The notes beneath the pieces were generated by a model. It searched no databases, was not told the origin of the DNA, and saw nothing but the letters and a program-made list of their open reading frames with translations. From positions 18,994 through 82,993 of the IMG/VR virus record IMGVR_UViG_3300032303_000488: DNA of 64,000 nucleotides, one strand, 5' to 3'. Made by a program: the position numbers and the translations under genes. This stretch comes from a virus. Its lineage: Duplodnaviria; Caudoviricetes. Of the stretch, positions 49,438-60,273 are shown in pieces. The stretch's first letter is position 1, and every line of letters starts with the position of its first letter.

Positions 49438-51630
49438 CTACGCAACAGTTCCATAATCTGTTCTACCATCATTAGTGTCGTTTGGAGTTCCAATTAGTCT
49501 GGTTCCCTGAACCGCTGTCCAATATGTAGTTGGAGCAGTAGTAGAAATTAAGTCGGCAGCAGTCCTGGAAATTTGAGTACTACCAGCAGTTGTAACAGTT
49601 GCAGAGGCTTGTAGCCTTCTGGCTACTGCTGTAAATCCATTATGTGTAGGTACTGCCTTTAAGGTAACAATAATTAAATCTGTTCCAGTAGATATAGGGG
49701 TAAATGTTATGTTAGGTACAACACCAGTTGGAAAAGGAGTGTCAAAGGTGACGACCGCTTCACCTGCTGGGCTAGGAACAGCAGCCCAATCACTTGAAGC
49801 AATTTTTCCTGTTCTTACATCGAATGGAATTGGTTCAGCCCAGCCTATATTTGTTGCACCTGGTGCAGGAAAACCGTTTTTTAAGACTTGACCTGGTAAC
49901 GTAGATTCGGCAGTATACGCAAATCCTCTATTGGAGTTTGTATAAGGAATTCTTCTTGCTCCTGAAACAGAAACAGCAAAACCAGAAGTAAAAGTGTATG
50001 TGATAGGTGTAGTTCCCATCACAATATCTCCGTTTATAATATTTGTAAATGTTTTATCTGCTTGGTCTGAACCAACACTTCCATTTTCAACATATACGCT
50101 ATGTTTTTCAAAATTTTCTGCGGCTAGGTCGCTATCAGTAGCACGAGTAAAGACAAATGAAGTAGTGGTTCCAACAGCACCTACGGTAGTTACTGTATAA
50201 ATACCATTTTGTAGGTTTGAACTTGTTCCACCTTGGTTTTTAATAAGAATACGGTCACCAACAACAAATGAATAACCGTCAATAGTTACAGCAGTCCAGT
50301 TTGTAGAAGTTGCAATAGTTAAAGTCGCTCCTACACCAGCAGTGCCGTTTGCATAAGTGGTAGTAATAGTTCCACCAACAAGGTTGTTAGAAGTTCCTAA
50401 TGCTCCAGTAGTTGCACACTTTACTGATACTCTTGAAGTTGGGTTAATAATCTGTGAGTCTACATATGCTCTATTTACTAAATCAGTATCATATTTTACA
50501 CTTCCAGCAGTTGAACCAGTAATTGACGGAATAGTTCCAGTAAATACAGCATTATCTTTATCTGCCTTTAGATTAAGTGCATTCTGCTGATAAGTAGAAA
50601 CTGGTTTTGCTGTGTCAGCAGTATTGTCTACAGAACCTAATCCAACCATTGTTTTTGTAATCCCTGAAACAGTTCCTAAGAATGTAGTTGTAGAACTAGC
50701 ATTTCCAATGTTTATAGTAGGAGAATATGATGTACCAATACTTATTGTTCCTGCAGTTCCAGTGTTTTGCCTGGCACCAGTATCAATTGTAATAGCCCCA
50801 CTACTTCCTGTTCCTGCTCCTGCATAAACTCCATTTCCAGTTTGAATAATTATTGATTTTGTTGAAGTGCTTACAATGCTTGTTGTTTTAATTTCAAAAT
50901 CTTGAACAGTTGAACCTGTAATTCCATATAGTCCAGTTGCAATTCCTGATGTAAAAATTGGGTTTATTTTATTTACTTTTCCATCTAAATCACTGTTGTT
51001 TGCTTTAGCATTTAATGCAGTCTGTTGAGCAGTAGAAACAGGTTTTCCTATGTCAGTAGTATTGTCTACAGAGCCTAATCCAACCATTGTTTTTGTAATC
51101 CCTGAAACAGTTCCTAGAAATATAGTTGTAGAATCAACATTTCCAATATTTATAGTTCCAGTAGTTCCACCACCTGATTTACTTCCAACATCAATATTTA
51201 AATTGCCAGAATTACCTGATGCACCTGAACCATTACCTGTTTTAATAGTAATTGCACCTGAGTTACCACCTGCAGATGCTGAGTTTCCAGTATTGATTGT
51301 TACAGAACCAGTAGTAAGAGAGGAGTTAGATGTTGTTCCAGTACCAATAGTAATTGCACCAGAAGCGGTTGCACCGCTTGCAGTTGATATAGGAAGGGTC
51401 ACACCAAGAGCAGACTGAACTCCTGTAATGGAGGTTCCTGCACCTGTAAAGTTAGTGCCCCCACCTCCTGCTGATGATGCATATGAAAGAGCATTCCATA
51501 AAAGAGTTCCATCACCAATTTTAAATTTATTTGTATCTGATTCCCAACCCATTTCTCCAGCAAGCAAAAGAGGATTGGAAGTAGTCCATTGAGTTGCTGT
51601 TCCTCTTTTGTGCTGAATAATTGTTGACAT
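49438..51630 (-). CDS. Tail fibre-like protein with an Mtd-N-like start
   Basis: IQHKRGTATQWTTSNPLLLAGEMGWESDTNKFKIGDG; Gly/Thr-rich repeats. Confidence 0.75.
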   Translation of the reverse strand: MSTIIQHKRGTATQWTTSNPLLLAGEMGWESDTNKFKIGDGTLLWNALSYASSAGGGGTNFTGAGTSITGVQSALGVTLPISTASGATASGAITIGTGTTSNSSLTTGSVTINTGNSASAGGNSGAITIKTGNGSGASGNSGNLNIDVGSKSGGGTTGTINIGNVDSTTIFLGTVSGITKTMVGLGSVDNTTDIGKPVSTAQQTALNAKANNSDLDGKVNKINPIFTSGIATGLYGITGSTVQDFEIKTTSIVSTSTKSIIIQTGNGVYAGAGTGSSGAITIDTGARQNTGTAGTISIGTSYSPTINIGNASSTTTFLGTVSGITKTMVGLGSVDNTADTAKPVSTYQQNALNLKADKDNAVFTGTIPSITGSTAGSVKYDTDLVNRAYVDSQIINPTSRVSVKCATTGALGTSNNLVGGTITTTYANGTAGVGATLTIATSTNWTAVTIDGYSFVVGDRILIKNQGGTSSNLQNGIYTVTTVGAVGTTTSFVFTRATDSDLAAENFEKHSVYVENGSVGSDQADKTFTNIINGDIVMGTTPITYTFTSGFAVSVSGARRIPYTNSNRGFAYTAESTLPGQVLKNGFPAPGATNIGWAEPIPFDVRTGKIASSDWAAVPSPAGEAVVTFDTPFPTGVVPNITFTPISTGTDLIIVTLKAVPTHNGFTAVARRLQASATVTTAGSTQISRTAADLISTTAPTTYWTAVQGTRLIGTPNDTNDGRTDYGTVA
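50594..51156. repeat. Internal direct repeat of about 120 bp in the fibre gene (about 50594-50718 and 51032-51156)
   Basis: Shared gtattgtctacaga..ctaatccaaccattgtttttgtaatccctgaaacagttcct, encoding GTVSGITKTMVGLGSVDNT twice. Confidence 0.85.
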
Positions 51631-51634
51631 TTTT

Positions 51635-51871
51635 TTAGTTAGATTCTCCCAATGAATCTAGTTCTGTTTTATAAACAGAAATCATTTGATTTAACAAATT
51701 AATATTGATGTTGATTTCTGTTAATGCTTGTTCGTTTTTTTCTTCTTGTGATTCAAGAACCTTTAGGTTAAGGCTTAATTGATAAGCCTCTACTGCTAAG
51801 GACTGAATTCTTTGTGATACTACCGATGTTCTTTCGTCAACGGTAAGTAGAGAGTTAAAATCAATAGACAT
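51635..51871 (-). CDS. Small coiled-coil hypothetical protein
   Basis: MSIDFN start after a GAAAGGTGG SD. Confidence 0.65.
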   Translation of the reverse strand: MSIDFNSLLTVDERTSVVSQRIQSLAVEAYQLSLNLKVLESQEEKNEQALTEINININLLNQMISVYKTELDSLGESN

Positions 51872-51996
51872 GATTTGACCACCTTTCAATGTAGTAAAAC
51901 AATTATAGCACATTGAATATTGTCAAATAGGTTAAATCGTGGTATAATTTATATGAACACCCTTTAAAAAGGTGTTTTTCCGTTAAGGAGGAAAAT

Positions 51997-52545
51997 ATGA
52001 ATAATTTAAAAATCAAAAAATTACTCGCCACAGGAATTTTAAGTTTAACTATGACTGGTTGTGTTACCCCTCAAGCCAGTGCTGCTGAAATGCCTATAAC
52101 AAATACGGTTGTAAGTAAAGTAACAAATATTACAGCCAGTTTAATTTACAATGCTAAATTAAACAAAAATACCGACAAAATGAAAGAAACCCTGACTAAG
52201 ATGTTTCATCGTGTAAACAAAACACCTTATGTTTTTTCTGGTTCTACTCCATATGGTTGGGATTGTTCTGGAATGGTAGTATGGATGTATGAACAATTTG
52301 GAACTACCTTGCCACATTCTGCAAACAAGCAAGCACACATAGGTAAAAGAGTTTCTATTCCAAAATTAGGGGACATTGTTGTTTTTGCTTATAAAGGTTC
52401 TACAAACTTTTATCATTCTGGAATTTATATTGGCAAGGGTAAAATAGTAAACTCTAATCGTTACTATGGAACTACAGTTATTGAACCATTAACTGATTAC
52501 AAAAATAGTCAGATAAGATTTGTAAGAGTTGTTCCTACTATTTAA
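51997..52545 (+). CDS. NlpC/P60 cell-wall peptidase, probable lipoprotein
   Basis: DCSG catalytic Cys and HSGIY His; signal peptide ending LTMTG-C; own TGGTATAAT promoter and AAGGAGG SD. Confidence 0.88.
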   Translation: MNNLKIKKLLATGILSLTMTGCVTPQASAAEMPITNTVVSKVTNITASLIYNAKLNKNTDKMKETLTKMFHRVNKTPYVFSGSTPYGWDCSGMVVWMYEQFGTTLPHSANKQAHIGKRVSIPKLGDIVVFAYKGSTNFYHSGIYIGKGKIVNSNRYYGTTVIEPLTDYKNSQIRFVRVVPTI

Positions 52546-53365
52546 TACCATAAACTGTGTAGGTTGCACCAGTAGGAATTGCTGTTGCAAAAATTAAATC
52601 AATTTGAGTAACTCCTGACCCCATACCACTTGTAACCATATTTCCACTACCAAAACTACCATTACAACCAAATGTAACATGTTTAGTACCAGAAACATAT
52701 GGTTCAAAAATTTCTACAACTACTCGGTCTCCAGATGTTTGAAGAGATTGTCCACCAGAAATAGCAAGAGCAGAACCGCTTGTAGAACTATACCATCCAG
52801 CAGTACCAGTTGTATTACTCTGATACCTCATATATGAATATGAATAACCAGTAGTAACAGCATTAATCCTCATGCTTAGGCTTCCTGAAGAACCTACTGT
52901 GCCTCCGTATATGCTAATTAATAATTTTCTGTAAGTAACAGATGAACCTAGGCTTATAGTAGTAGTTAGTGCTGTTATATTTCCACTACTTAACAAAGTA
53001 TGTCCAGCATCTCCAATATATGCAACAGTTTTTCTTACAGAACTGTCGTTTGTTAGATAAATATTTGTTCCATCATATTCCATTGCACCAGTTTGAGTAA
53101 TTGATTTAAGTGCTCCAGAAACAAATCTTAATGGTGCAACTGATGTACTCTGAGTTACAAGTGTTGTAGTTCCAGTAAATGTTGGTCCTGCTATGATTGA
53201 CTTAATATATCCAGCCAATGAGTTTGCTGTAATAGCAGCATTATTTGCAGGTTCGCCAGAAATACCATAACTTAAAAGCCTTAAGGCTACCTGAATATCT
53301 GCAGTTTCAGTAAGTGCTGGTACTGTTAATTGATAGGATGTGGATGCTCCAACGGTAGTAGTCAT
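52538..53365 (-). CDS. Minor tail / fibre protein
   Basis: Thr/Ser-rich; GAMEYDG module shared with the collagen fibre. Confidence 0.6.
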   Translation of the reverse strand: MTTTVGASTSYQLTVPALTETADIQVALRLLSYGISGEPANNAAITANSLAGYIKSIIAGPTFTGTTTLVTQSTSVAPLRFVSGALKSITQTGAMEYDGTNIYLTNDSSVRKTVAYIGDAGHTLLSSGNITALTTTISLGSSVTYRKLLISIYGGTVGSSGSLSMRINAVTTGYSYSYMRYQSNTTGTAGWYSSTSGSALAISGGQSLQTSGDRVVVEIFEPYVSGTKHVTFGCNGSFGSGNMVTSGMGSGVTQIDLIFATAIPTGATYTVYGIK

Positions 53366-53384
53366 GTCTTAATTATACCATAGC

Positions 53385-54416
53385 CTAATCATTAAATAAT
53401 TTCATTTTATGTGAAATTATTGACCTAACGTTAATTTCTTTTTTATCAATTTCATAGGTTTTAGACCATTTCCACAGTTTCATGTTATGTTTTGATGACA
53501 TCATAATGTTAAATGGCAGGGCACCCCAAGCAGAGATATCTCTAAATATGCTATTTGTTTTTATAATAATATTATTTGTTTTTTTAGAAAAATAGTAGGA
53601 TAAAAACCATTTTTCTTTTTTATAGTAATGAATTGCCAAACTGTTGTATGTTTCTCTTGTTGGATATTTGATTATTGATTTGATAAAATAAAAAATCTTA
53701 AATTTTCCAGTTAGCCCCAAAATTCTATAAGCAAGAGCCACGTCAATCTTTCCAACATCTTTTAATTTTATTAAAGATTTGGCAACTTTTCTTGCTTCTT
53801 CTATTCTGTTAAATTGCAATAATTGATGACATTGATAAATATGATACCTTGCATTTTTATATTCATTATAAGCATCCTCAATCATTTGATTATATTGTTC
53901 ACGAGATTTATCTATATCTGGATGATGAGATACTTCTAGACCTTCACAAAACTCTTGTCTAACTTCTGTTCTGTCTGGAACAACTGCTTCATGCATTAAA
54001 TATATCCATCTAAAACCATGGCGTTTATGAATTCTATTATTTATAAATGTGTCATCTGGATGAGTTTCATCTTCATCTTTAAAAGTTATGTTAAATTTAT
54101 AACTTACTTGTTCCGATGTCATTGTTTCAAGTTTTTCACGCCAGCCTTCGGATAGTGTTTCGTCCATGTCCATAGACACACAGTAGTCAATATCATCGGG
54201 CAGCAATGCAAGTGCGGCATTTCTTGCGTCATCAAATCTCCAGGGCTTTACAGAAATATCTATAACTTTAATTCCAAGTTTTTTAGCAATACGTTTCGTT
54301 TTATCTGTTGAACCTGTATCTGCAATTAATAAATAATCTGCATCTTTAGCAGATTCATACCAACGCTCTACAAATTTTTCTTCATTTAGAGCAATCGTGT
54401 ATACCGCAATTTTCAT
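53385..54416 (-). CDS. GT2 family glycosyltransferase with helical C-terminus
   Basis: AVYTIALNEE, DTGSTD, FDDARN, DMDE, HEAV. Confidence 0.88.
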   Translation of the reverse strand: MKIAVYTIALNEEKFVERWYESAKDADYLLIADTGSTDKTKRIAKKLGIKVIDISVKPWRFDDARNAALALLPDDIDYCVSMDMDETLSEGWREKLETMTSEQVSYKFNITFKDEDETHPDDTFINNRIHKRHGFRWIYLMHEAVVPDRTEVRQEFCEGLEVSHHPDIDKSREQYNQMIEDAYNEYKNARYHIYQCHQLLQFNRIEEARKVAKSLIKLKDVGKIDVALAYRILGLTGKFKIFYFIKSIIKYPTRETYNSLAIHYYKKEKWFLSYYFSKKTNNIIIKTNSIFRDISAWGALPFNIMMSSKHNMKLWKWSKTYEIDKKEINVRSIISHKMKLFND

Positions 54417-55339
54417 TATTTTTTAACCTTTTCCTTTGCCTTATTATATAATTCTATCATAGGTTCCCCCCAAGCATCATTATCCTTGAACACGTCAACT
54501 ACTATTTTATCTACCTCTAAGGCTGCTTTACACCAAGTTAGGCACTCTTCCCATCTTTCATGTTTTTCATACCATTTAGCAATATAGTAATATGGTTCTC
54601 GTCTATGTGGTGCTGTTTGTAAACAAAGTAAAAGATATTCCCCAGTTTTTTCAGGTATGATTTCTGAAAGAGTTTTATACACATTAGCAGCGTCCTCGTT
54701 TGGAAAATTAGGAATATTTAAAACTTGAAGATAGTATTTTTCTGCTTCCTCAAATTTACCCTCTGCTTGTAATGCTTTAGTAAGATATCTATAATATCTT
54801 CCAACGTTTGGATTTTCTGTTAATGCATCTTTAAGTAATTGTAAATACTGAGTTCTAGGTTTATCTCTATCTGGAACATGCGTTACCTCGATACCTGGAG
54901 AAAATTCATCAATCATTTCAGTTCGGTCAGGAACAACTCCTTCGTGCATTAAATATTTCCACATAAACCCATGCCTAGCATGAATACGATTATTTACAAA
55001 ATTTTCATCATTATAGAAAACATAGGTAATCTGATTACCTGTTGTTTTTTCCAAGGCTTCTCTCCACCCTTCAGAAATTACCTCGTCCATATCAAGAGAT
55101 ACGCACATGTCTATATCATCTGGTACAAGGGCTAAAGCAACGTTTCTGGCTGTGTCAAATCTCCAAGGTTTGATTGAGATATTGAACACATTGATGCCAA
55201 GAGATTTAGCAATTTCCACGGTACGGTCAGTTGAACCAGTATCAGCAATGAGGATATAGTCAGCGTCCTTTACAGAATTGTACCAACGTTCAACGTGTTT
55301 TTCTTCATTAAGTGCAATTGTATAAACTGCAATTTTCAT
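54416..55339 (-). CDS. GT2 family glycosyltransferase with TPR-like C-terminus
   Basis: Same motifs as its neighbours; helical repeats ending PHRREPY. Confidence 0.88.
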   Translation of the reverse strand: MKIAVYTIALNEEKHVERWYNSVKDADYILIADTGSTDRTVEIAKSLGINVFNISIKPWRFDTARNVALALVPDDIDMCVSLDMDEVISEGWREALEKTTGNQITYVFYNDENFVNNRIHARHGFMWKYLMHEGVVPDRTEMIDEFSPGIEVTHVPDRDKPRTQYLQLLKDALTENPNVGRYYRYLTKALQAEGKFEEAEKYYLQVLNIPNFPNEDAANVYKTLSEIIPEKTGEYLLLCLQTAPHRREPYYYIAKWYEKHERWEECLTWCKAALEVDKIVVDVFKDNDAWGEPMIELYNKAKEKVKK

Positions 55340-55341
55340 AT

Positions 55342-56391
55342 TTAACTTTCTAAATAGTGTTTGTAATTATTTTGCAATCTTTTATCGTTTGGCTGCAAAT
55401 CTAAAGCAATTTTACCATAACTTCTTGCTAAATCAAAATTCTGTAAATTATAGGCTGAAATGGCTGCTAAATCATAAGGCAACTCATTCCAAGCAAACTC
55501 TTCACAAAGATAATCTAATGGCTTATCTTTAATGGCTAACGCCTTTTCTGAAAACTCAAAAACATTTTTCCAATCTTCTAATCTATAATAGTATAAAGCA
55601 ATATCTACATATGTTTCTCGTCTAGAGGTATCTTCATATAAAGATTTATTTAAATAGTCTAATGATTCATTTGGATTACATTGTGCAAGATATCTATATG
55701 CTCTTCCTCTTTCGGCACCCCATAATGCTGTAGGTAAATTTAAATATCTTTTAAATTCTTCGGTAGCCTGTTCAATAGAATTATTAAAAAATAATTCTCT
55801 AGCATAATAGAAAGCATTTCTATCATCTTGTGGGTCTTCTTTAACAGATAAAGCGAGAAGAGGCAAATACTGTCCACGAGATTTTGAATTATCTGGATAA
55901 TGATGAATTTCCAATCCAATCCATCCTTGAACTTCATCTACTGTAGATGTTGTTAATATTTCGTGAACTGGATGTTTCCACCTATAATTTTTTCTAGAAT
56001 GAATCTTATCTCCACCGTATTGTAATCCAGGTTTTCCATCTTCAAGCCATGACCAAGTATATTGATATCTAGGTCTTGTATATTTAACGTCAAATGCTTT
56101 CTGTAATTCATTTTTCCAACCTGGTTGTAAAACCTCATCCATATCAAGTGCTATGCAATAGTCAATATCTTTTGGAATGGCAGCAAGTGCTGCATTACGA
56201 GCATCGTCAAAACGCCAGGGAAAAATATTAATATTAATAACATTAATACCCAAAGATTTTGCAAGTTTAATAGTTTTATCAGTAGACCCTGTATCTGCTA
56301 TTAATAAATAATCAGCGTCCTTGGCTGATTCATACCATCTTTTAACAAACTGCTCTTCATCTAAAGCAATTGTATATACTGCTACTTTCAT
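55342..56391 (-). CDS. GT2 family glycosyltransferase with TPR-like C-terminus
   Basis: DTGSTD, DMDE, VHE, R..FYYAREL, TPR-like helices. Confidence 0.9.
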   Translation of the reverse strand: MKVAVYTIALDEEQFVKRWYESAKDADYLLIADTGSTDKTIKLAKSLGINVININIFPWRFDDARNAALAAIPKDIDYCIALDMDEVLQPGWKNELQKAFDVKYTRPRYQYTWSWLEDGKPGLQYGGDKIHSRKNYRWKHPVHEILTTSTVDEVQGWIGLEIHHYPDNSKSRGQYLPLLALSVKEDPQDDRNAFYYARELFFNNSIEQATEEFKRYLNLPTALWGAERGRAYRYLAQCNPNESLDYLNKSLYEDTSRRETYVDIALYYYRLEDWKNVFEFSEKALAIKDKPLDYLCEEFAWNELPYDLAAISAYNLQNFDLARSYGKIALDLQPNDKRLQNNYKHYLES

Positions 56392-56451
56392 TTTAAAAAT
56401 CCTTTAAATTATAAGAAATAAATAATACCACAATTTTAATAAAACTAAATA

Positions 56452-56607
56452 CTATGACTGTGTATTAGATAAATTTTGAATTTGAGTTTCTAATGCTTCT
56501 ACTTTTGCAACTAAAAGCACAATAGCATCATGTGCTGCTTTCAATGCTGCTGGATTTGCTATTCCATCATTTTCCCAGTAAGTTAATAATTCAGTTATTT
56601 CATTCAT
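56452..56607 (-). CDS. 51-aa coiled-coil protein, missing from the ORF track
   Basis: Manual translation MNEITELLTYWENDG...; GAAAGGA SD. Confidence 0.65.
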   Translation of the reverse strand: MNEITELLTYWENDGIANPAALKAAHDAIVLLVAKVEALETQIQNLSNTQS

Positions 56608-56620
56608 GGTTTATCCTTTC

Positions 56621-59600
56621 TTATGCCCAAGCACTTCCAACATTGGTAACAGTTCCATTACCAAGTGGAGTTATTTTTATGTAAGAACCAGCATTGGCAT
56701 TAAACAGATAATCGGCACTGGTAGTACTTGCACTAATTGCTGGAGAAATTTTTACTGTACCAGTACCAGTCACACGAATAATTCCTCTGACGCTATAAAT
56801 TGAATATCTAGAACCAGTTGTAGTAGTAGCAAGTACTGAAACAGCAGCATTGTTAATGTTTCTAAGTCTAGACACTGCTGATGCAGTTGCAAGGCTTGTT
56901 GTATTGCTTGACGTTGAAATTTCTTGATAAATAGTTGTTGTAGGTGAACCAGATACAGTAGTCAATAAGAACGAGTGACTAAATGTAGGTGTGCTTCCAG
57001 CAGCAGCAGTTATAGAAGTAGAAACACTCAACTCTACTTCATATGTTGTCCCTGCCACTAGAGTTAATCCAGTTGTAGCAGTTCCAAATATGGATTTAGC
57101 AGTAGTGGTAGCCGAGAAATCAACATTGCTGCTTCCGTCAGAAACATAGTAGTAAGAAGCAACATCAACTGCTCTACCTGTAGTTGCGTTTGGTGTTTTA
57201 TAAAAGGCTTTTCCATCATACTCATTGGCACCTGCAATTGGCGTAGCAAGAACAAGGGTAGAGGTACTATCAAAATAAAGTGGGCTAGTTCCAGCACCTG
57301 TTGCACCTTGTCGAAGAGTCAAAGAAGAAGTAAGAATTCCTCCAGTAAAACTAGGTCCTGTAGGACCAGTAACTGTACTTGCTGACCCTGTTGGTCCTGT
57401 AGGACCAGTTGGACCAGTGGGTCCTGTAGAACCCACGTTTCCTGCAACAGTAAATGTCCAAGCACTAGCAGAACCAGAACCAGAAATATTATCTACGTTT
57501 ACAGTTATTGATGAGTTAGTCGTAAGGGCAGTTATAGTACCTTCAAAATATGTGGTTGGTGTTGCTGTCATTACAACTCTTACTCTTTGACCATTTAAAA
57601 ATGCTCCAGATGATGTTACTGCAAAAACTTTAGAGCCAGTTCCAATAGTTAAAGTAGATGTAGACGTTACTCCTGTATATCCTGTACCTGTAATACCTGT
57701 ATCTCCAGTAGGACCTGTAGGACCAGTTGGTCCAGTAGCACCTACTTCACCAGCAACGCTAAACTTCCAAGAACTGCTAGAACCAGAACCAACAAACTTA
57801 TCTACCTGAACAAATAAACCTATGCCATCTTCGTAGGAGCCATTTATTACACCTTCAACATATTGTGCGGTATTGGTTTGAGAAATAACTCTAACCCTCA
57901 TACCCAATGTATAAGCACCAAAAGAATTAAGTTCAAAACCTGCAGAACCAGTGGCAAATGTAATCGTAGATGTGCTAGTTATACCGCTGTATCCCACACC
58001 AGTACTACCTGTTGGTCCAGTCGGACCAGTTGGACCTGCAACAGTAGAAGTTGGTCCTGTTGGTCCAGTTGAACCCTGTGGTCCTGTTGGACCTGTTACA
58101 GTAGATGCTGCACCAGTAGGTCCAGTGGGACCCTGTAAACCTGTTGGTCCTGTTGGACCCTGTAAACCTGTTGGTCCTGTTGGACCCTGTAAACCTGTTG
58201 GTCCTGTTGGACCTTGTAAACCTGTTGGTCCTGTTGGACCAGCAACTGTAGAAGCACTACCTGTAGCACCTGTTGGTCCAGCAACAGTACTTGCAGCACC
58301 TGTTGGTCCAGTCGGACCTTGGTTTCCCTGAATTCCTTGAGAACCTTGATTTCCTTGTGCTCCTGTTGGTCCTGTAGGACCTTGACTTCCTTGAGCACCT
58401 GTTGGACCTGTAGAGCCATTAGTTCCATTAATTCCAGTTGCACCAGTAGGTCCTGTTGGACCAGTAACGGTGCTGGCTGCACCTGTAGGTCCTGTAGCAC
58501 CAGTGGTTCCTGTTGGTCCTGTAGGACCAATACCACCAACTTGAGTAAAAGTAATAATGTCAGTTCCAATAATAATAGACGTATTAGTTCCAGTGCCAAC
58601 CGAGTTCATCATCCAAGATGTGTTAGCATTAACAGAACCAGTTTGAACCAAAAGAAAGTCACCGTCTTGAACTTGTTCAGAAACACTGTTATCATAATCT
58701 GTTGAACGAGTTAAAACATATGGAACAGATGCAGAACCTTGATTTGTTACTAAATAAATACCATTATGTAGTTGGTTTGTTTGATTTTTAACCAACAATC
58801 TTTCACCAGTATTGAGACTTCCGCCATCAACGTTTAAACGCCCATTTGCTGTAGCAGTTAATGTAGCACCAACACCAGTACCGCCATCAGCACCAATAGT
58901 TCCTGATACATAAGTAGGGTTATCTGAAAGAATTGTTGTAGTTGCTTTATGAGCAGTATCATGTGCGTTAGTATTTCCAGCAGGACCCTGAGCACCAGTA
59001 GGACCAGTGCTACCTTGAATACCTTGCGGTCCTGTTGGACCAGTAATAGTAGATGCGGCACCTGTTACTCCAATTGGTCCTGTAGGACCTTGTAATCCTG
59101 TTGGTCCTTGAGAACCTGTTATCCCCTGAATACCCTGATTACCCTGAATACCTTGACTACCTTGAGGTCCCTGTATCCCAGTAGGTCCAGTTACACCTTG
59201 AATTCCTTGTGCTCCTGTTGGTCCTGTAGGACCTTGATTTCCTTGAGCACCAGTAGGTCCTGTAGGTCCTTGCAAACCTGTTGTTCCTGTAGGACCTTGC
59301 AAACCTGTTGGACCTGTTACTCCTTGAATCCCCTGTGCTCCTGTAGGTCCAGTTGAACCTACGGAACCTTGTGGACCTGTTGGACCTGTGCTTCCTGTAA
59401 GTCCAGTTGCTCCTATTGGACCAGTAACGGTACTTGCAGCACCAGTTGCACCAGTAGAACCTGTAGGACCTTGTGGACCAGTAGAACCCTGAATACCTTG
59501 TAGACCCTGTGGACCAGTAGGTCCAGTTACAGCAGATGCTGCTCCTGTTGGTCCTGTAGGACCAGTAACTATACTTGCTGCACCTGTTGGTCCTGTAGGA

Positions 59601-59803
59601 CCAGTAACTGTACTTGCAGCACCTGTTGGTCCTGTTGGACCTATTGCCCCAGTAGAACCAGTTGGTCCAGTAGAACCTGTTGGTCCTGTGTTTCCAGATG
59701 GTCCACCGAAACCAACAACTTCTATGTTTTTAGAATTATTTGTTGAGGTTATTTTTAAGTTTATATTTTGAGTGGTATCGGGAATAATTTTAAATGTAGT
59801 CAC
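56621..59803 (-). CDS. Collagen-like (Gly-Pro-Thr) fibre protein, 1060 aa
   Basis: Long (G-X-Y)n runs dominated by GPT, interrupted by globular domains. Confidence 0.92.
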   Translation of the reverse strand: MTTFKIIPDTTQNINLKITSTNNSKNIEVVGFGGPSGNTGPTGSTGPTGSTGAIGPTGPTGAASTVTGPTGPTGAASIVTGPTGPTGAASAVTGPTGPQGLQGIQGSTGPQGPTGSTGATGAASTVTGPIGATGLTGSTGPTGPQGSVGSTGPTGAQGIQGVTGPTGLQGPTGTTGLQGPTGPTGAQGNQGPTGPTGAQGIQGVTGPTGIQGPQGSQGIQGNQGIQGITGSQGPTGLQGPTGPIGVTGAASTITGPTGPQGIQGSTGPTGAQGPAGNTNAHDTAHKATTTILSDNPTYVSGTIGADGGTGVGATLTATANGRLNVDGGSLNTGERLLVKNQTNQLHNGIYLVTNQGSASVPYVLTRSTDYDNSVSEQVQDGDFLLVQTGSVNANTSWMMNSVGTGTNTSIIIGTDIITFTQVGGIGPTGPTGTTGATGPTGAASTVTGPTGPTGATGINGTNGSTGPTGAQGSQGPTGPTGAQGNQGSQGIQGNQGPTGPTGAASTVAGPTGATGSASTVAGPTGPTGLQGPTGPTGLQGPTGPTGLQGPTGPTGLQGPTGPTGAASTVTGPTGPQGSTGPTGPTSTVAGPTGPTGPTGSTGVGYSGITSTSTITFATGSAGFELNSFGAYTLGMRVRVISQTNTAQYVEGVINGSYEDGIGLFVQVDKFVGSGSSSSWKFSVAGEVGATGPTGPTGPTGDTGITGTGYTGVTSTSTLTIGTGSKVFAVTSSGAFLNGQRVRVVMTATPTTYFEGTITALTTNSSITVNVDNISGSGSASAWTFTVAGNVGSTGPTGPTGPTGPTGSASTVTGPTGPSFTGGILTSSLTLRQGATGAGTSPLYFDSTSTLVLATPIAGANEYDGKAFYKTPNATTGRAVDVASYYYVSDGSSNVDFSATTTAKSIFGTATTGLTLVAGTTYEVELSVSTSITAAAGSTPTFSHSFLLTTVSGSPTTTIYQEISTSSNTTSLATASAVSRLRNINNAAVSVLATTTTGSRYSIYSVRGIIRVTGTGTVKISPAISASTTSADYLFNANAGSYIKITPLGNGTVTNVGSAWA
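58128..58235. repeat. 4 x 27-bp tandem repeat in the collagen gene
   Basis: ggaccctgtaaacctgttggtcctgtt unit; last copy has one substitution. Confidence 0.9.
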
Positions 59804-59804
59804 T

Positions 59805-60200
59805 TTATAGACTACTTCCTGTAATATCAGAATATACTACAATGTTTCCAATGATTGGGGTCCATTTTTTAGAATCAATTGTTACTTGTAGGTCAAACTT
59901 AAGTTCAGCAACAATGGTAGAACTTCCTAAACCCCAAGATAAACTAATTGCATTTGGAATAGATACTGTAACATATCCTGCGGCAGATGTAATTGTCAGA
60001 GAGTATTTGGTTTCTGTTTTAGGGTCATAGGCACTTGCTAAGTATGTCCATCCTGTAGTATTTTTGGCGGTAACACCATCATCCTCATACCAATAAAACG
60101 TAGCAGATGCATCATCACCACGAACAATGGTCCATTTAATATTTGAGGGTTCTGCTCCAATAGAAATCACGGAATCAGAAGAACAAGACGAACAAGACAT
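59805..60200 (-). CDS. Virion structural protein (BppU-N-like)
   Basis: [22 protein letters not shown]; probable leaderless start at 60200. Confidence 0.6.
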   Translation of the reverse strand: MSCSSCSSDSVISIGAEPSNIKWTIVRGDDASATFYWYEDDGVTAKNTTGWTYLASAYDPKTETKYSLTITSAAGYVTVSIPNAISLSWGLGSSTIVAELKFDLQVTIDSKKWTPIIGNIVVYSDITGSSL

Positions 60201-60225
60201 ATAAACATTATACACTATAAATAAA

Positions 60226-60273
60226 GAACCAGTGCCTGAAGTGGGTATGAGAGAGAGTATCAGACACTGGCTC
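60226..60273 (-). terminator. 14-bp hairpin with U-rich tail (terminator or small RNA)
   Basis: gagccagtgtctga / tcaggcactggttc pair fully with two G-U pairs; followed by tttattt. Confidence 0.7.

Noticed and set aside
50594-51156. Diversity-generating retroelement (Mtd-like N-terminus plus an internal repeat)
   Set aside because: No reverse transcriptase in the window. Mismatches between the copies are not adenine-specific, and both copies are in-frame inside one gene.
51940-51996. Riboswitch upstream of the NlpC/P60 gene
   Set aside because: The leader between the -10 and the start codon is under 50 nt, too short for a c-di-AMP or similar aptamer; only a small hairpin is present.
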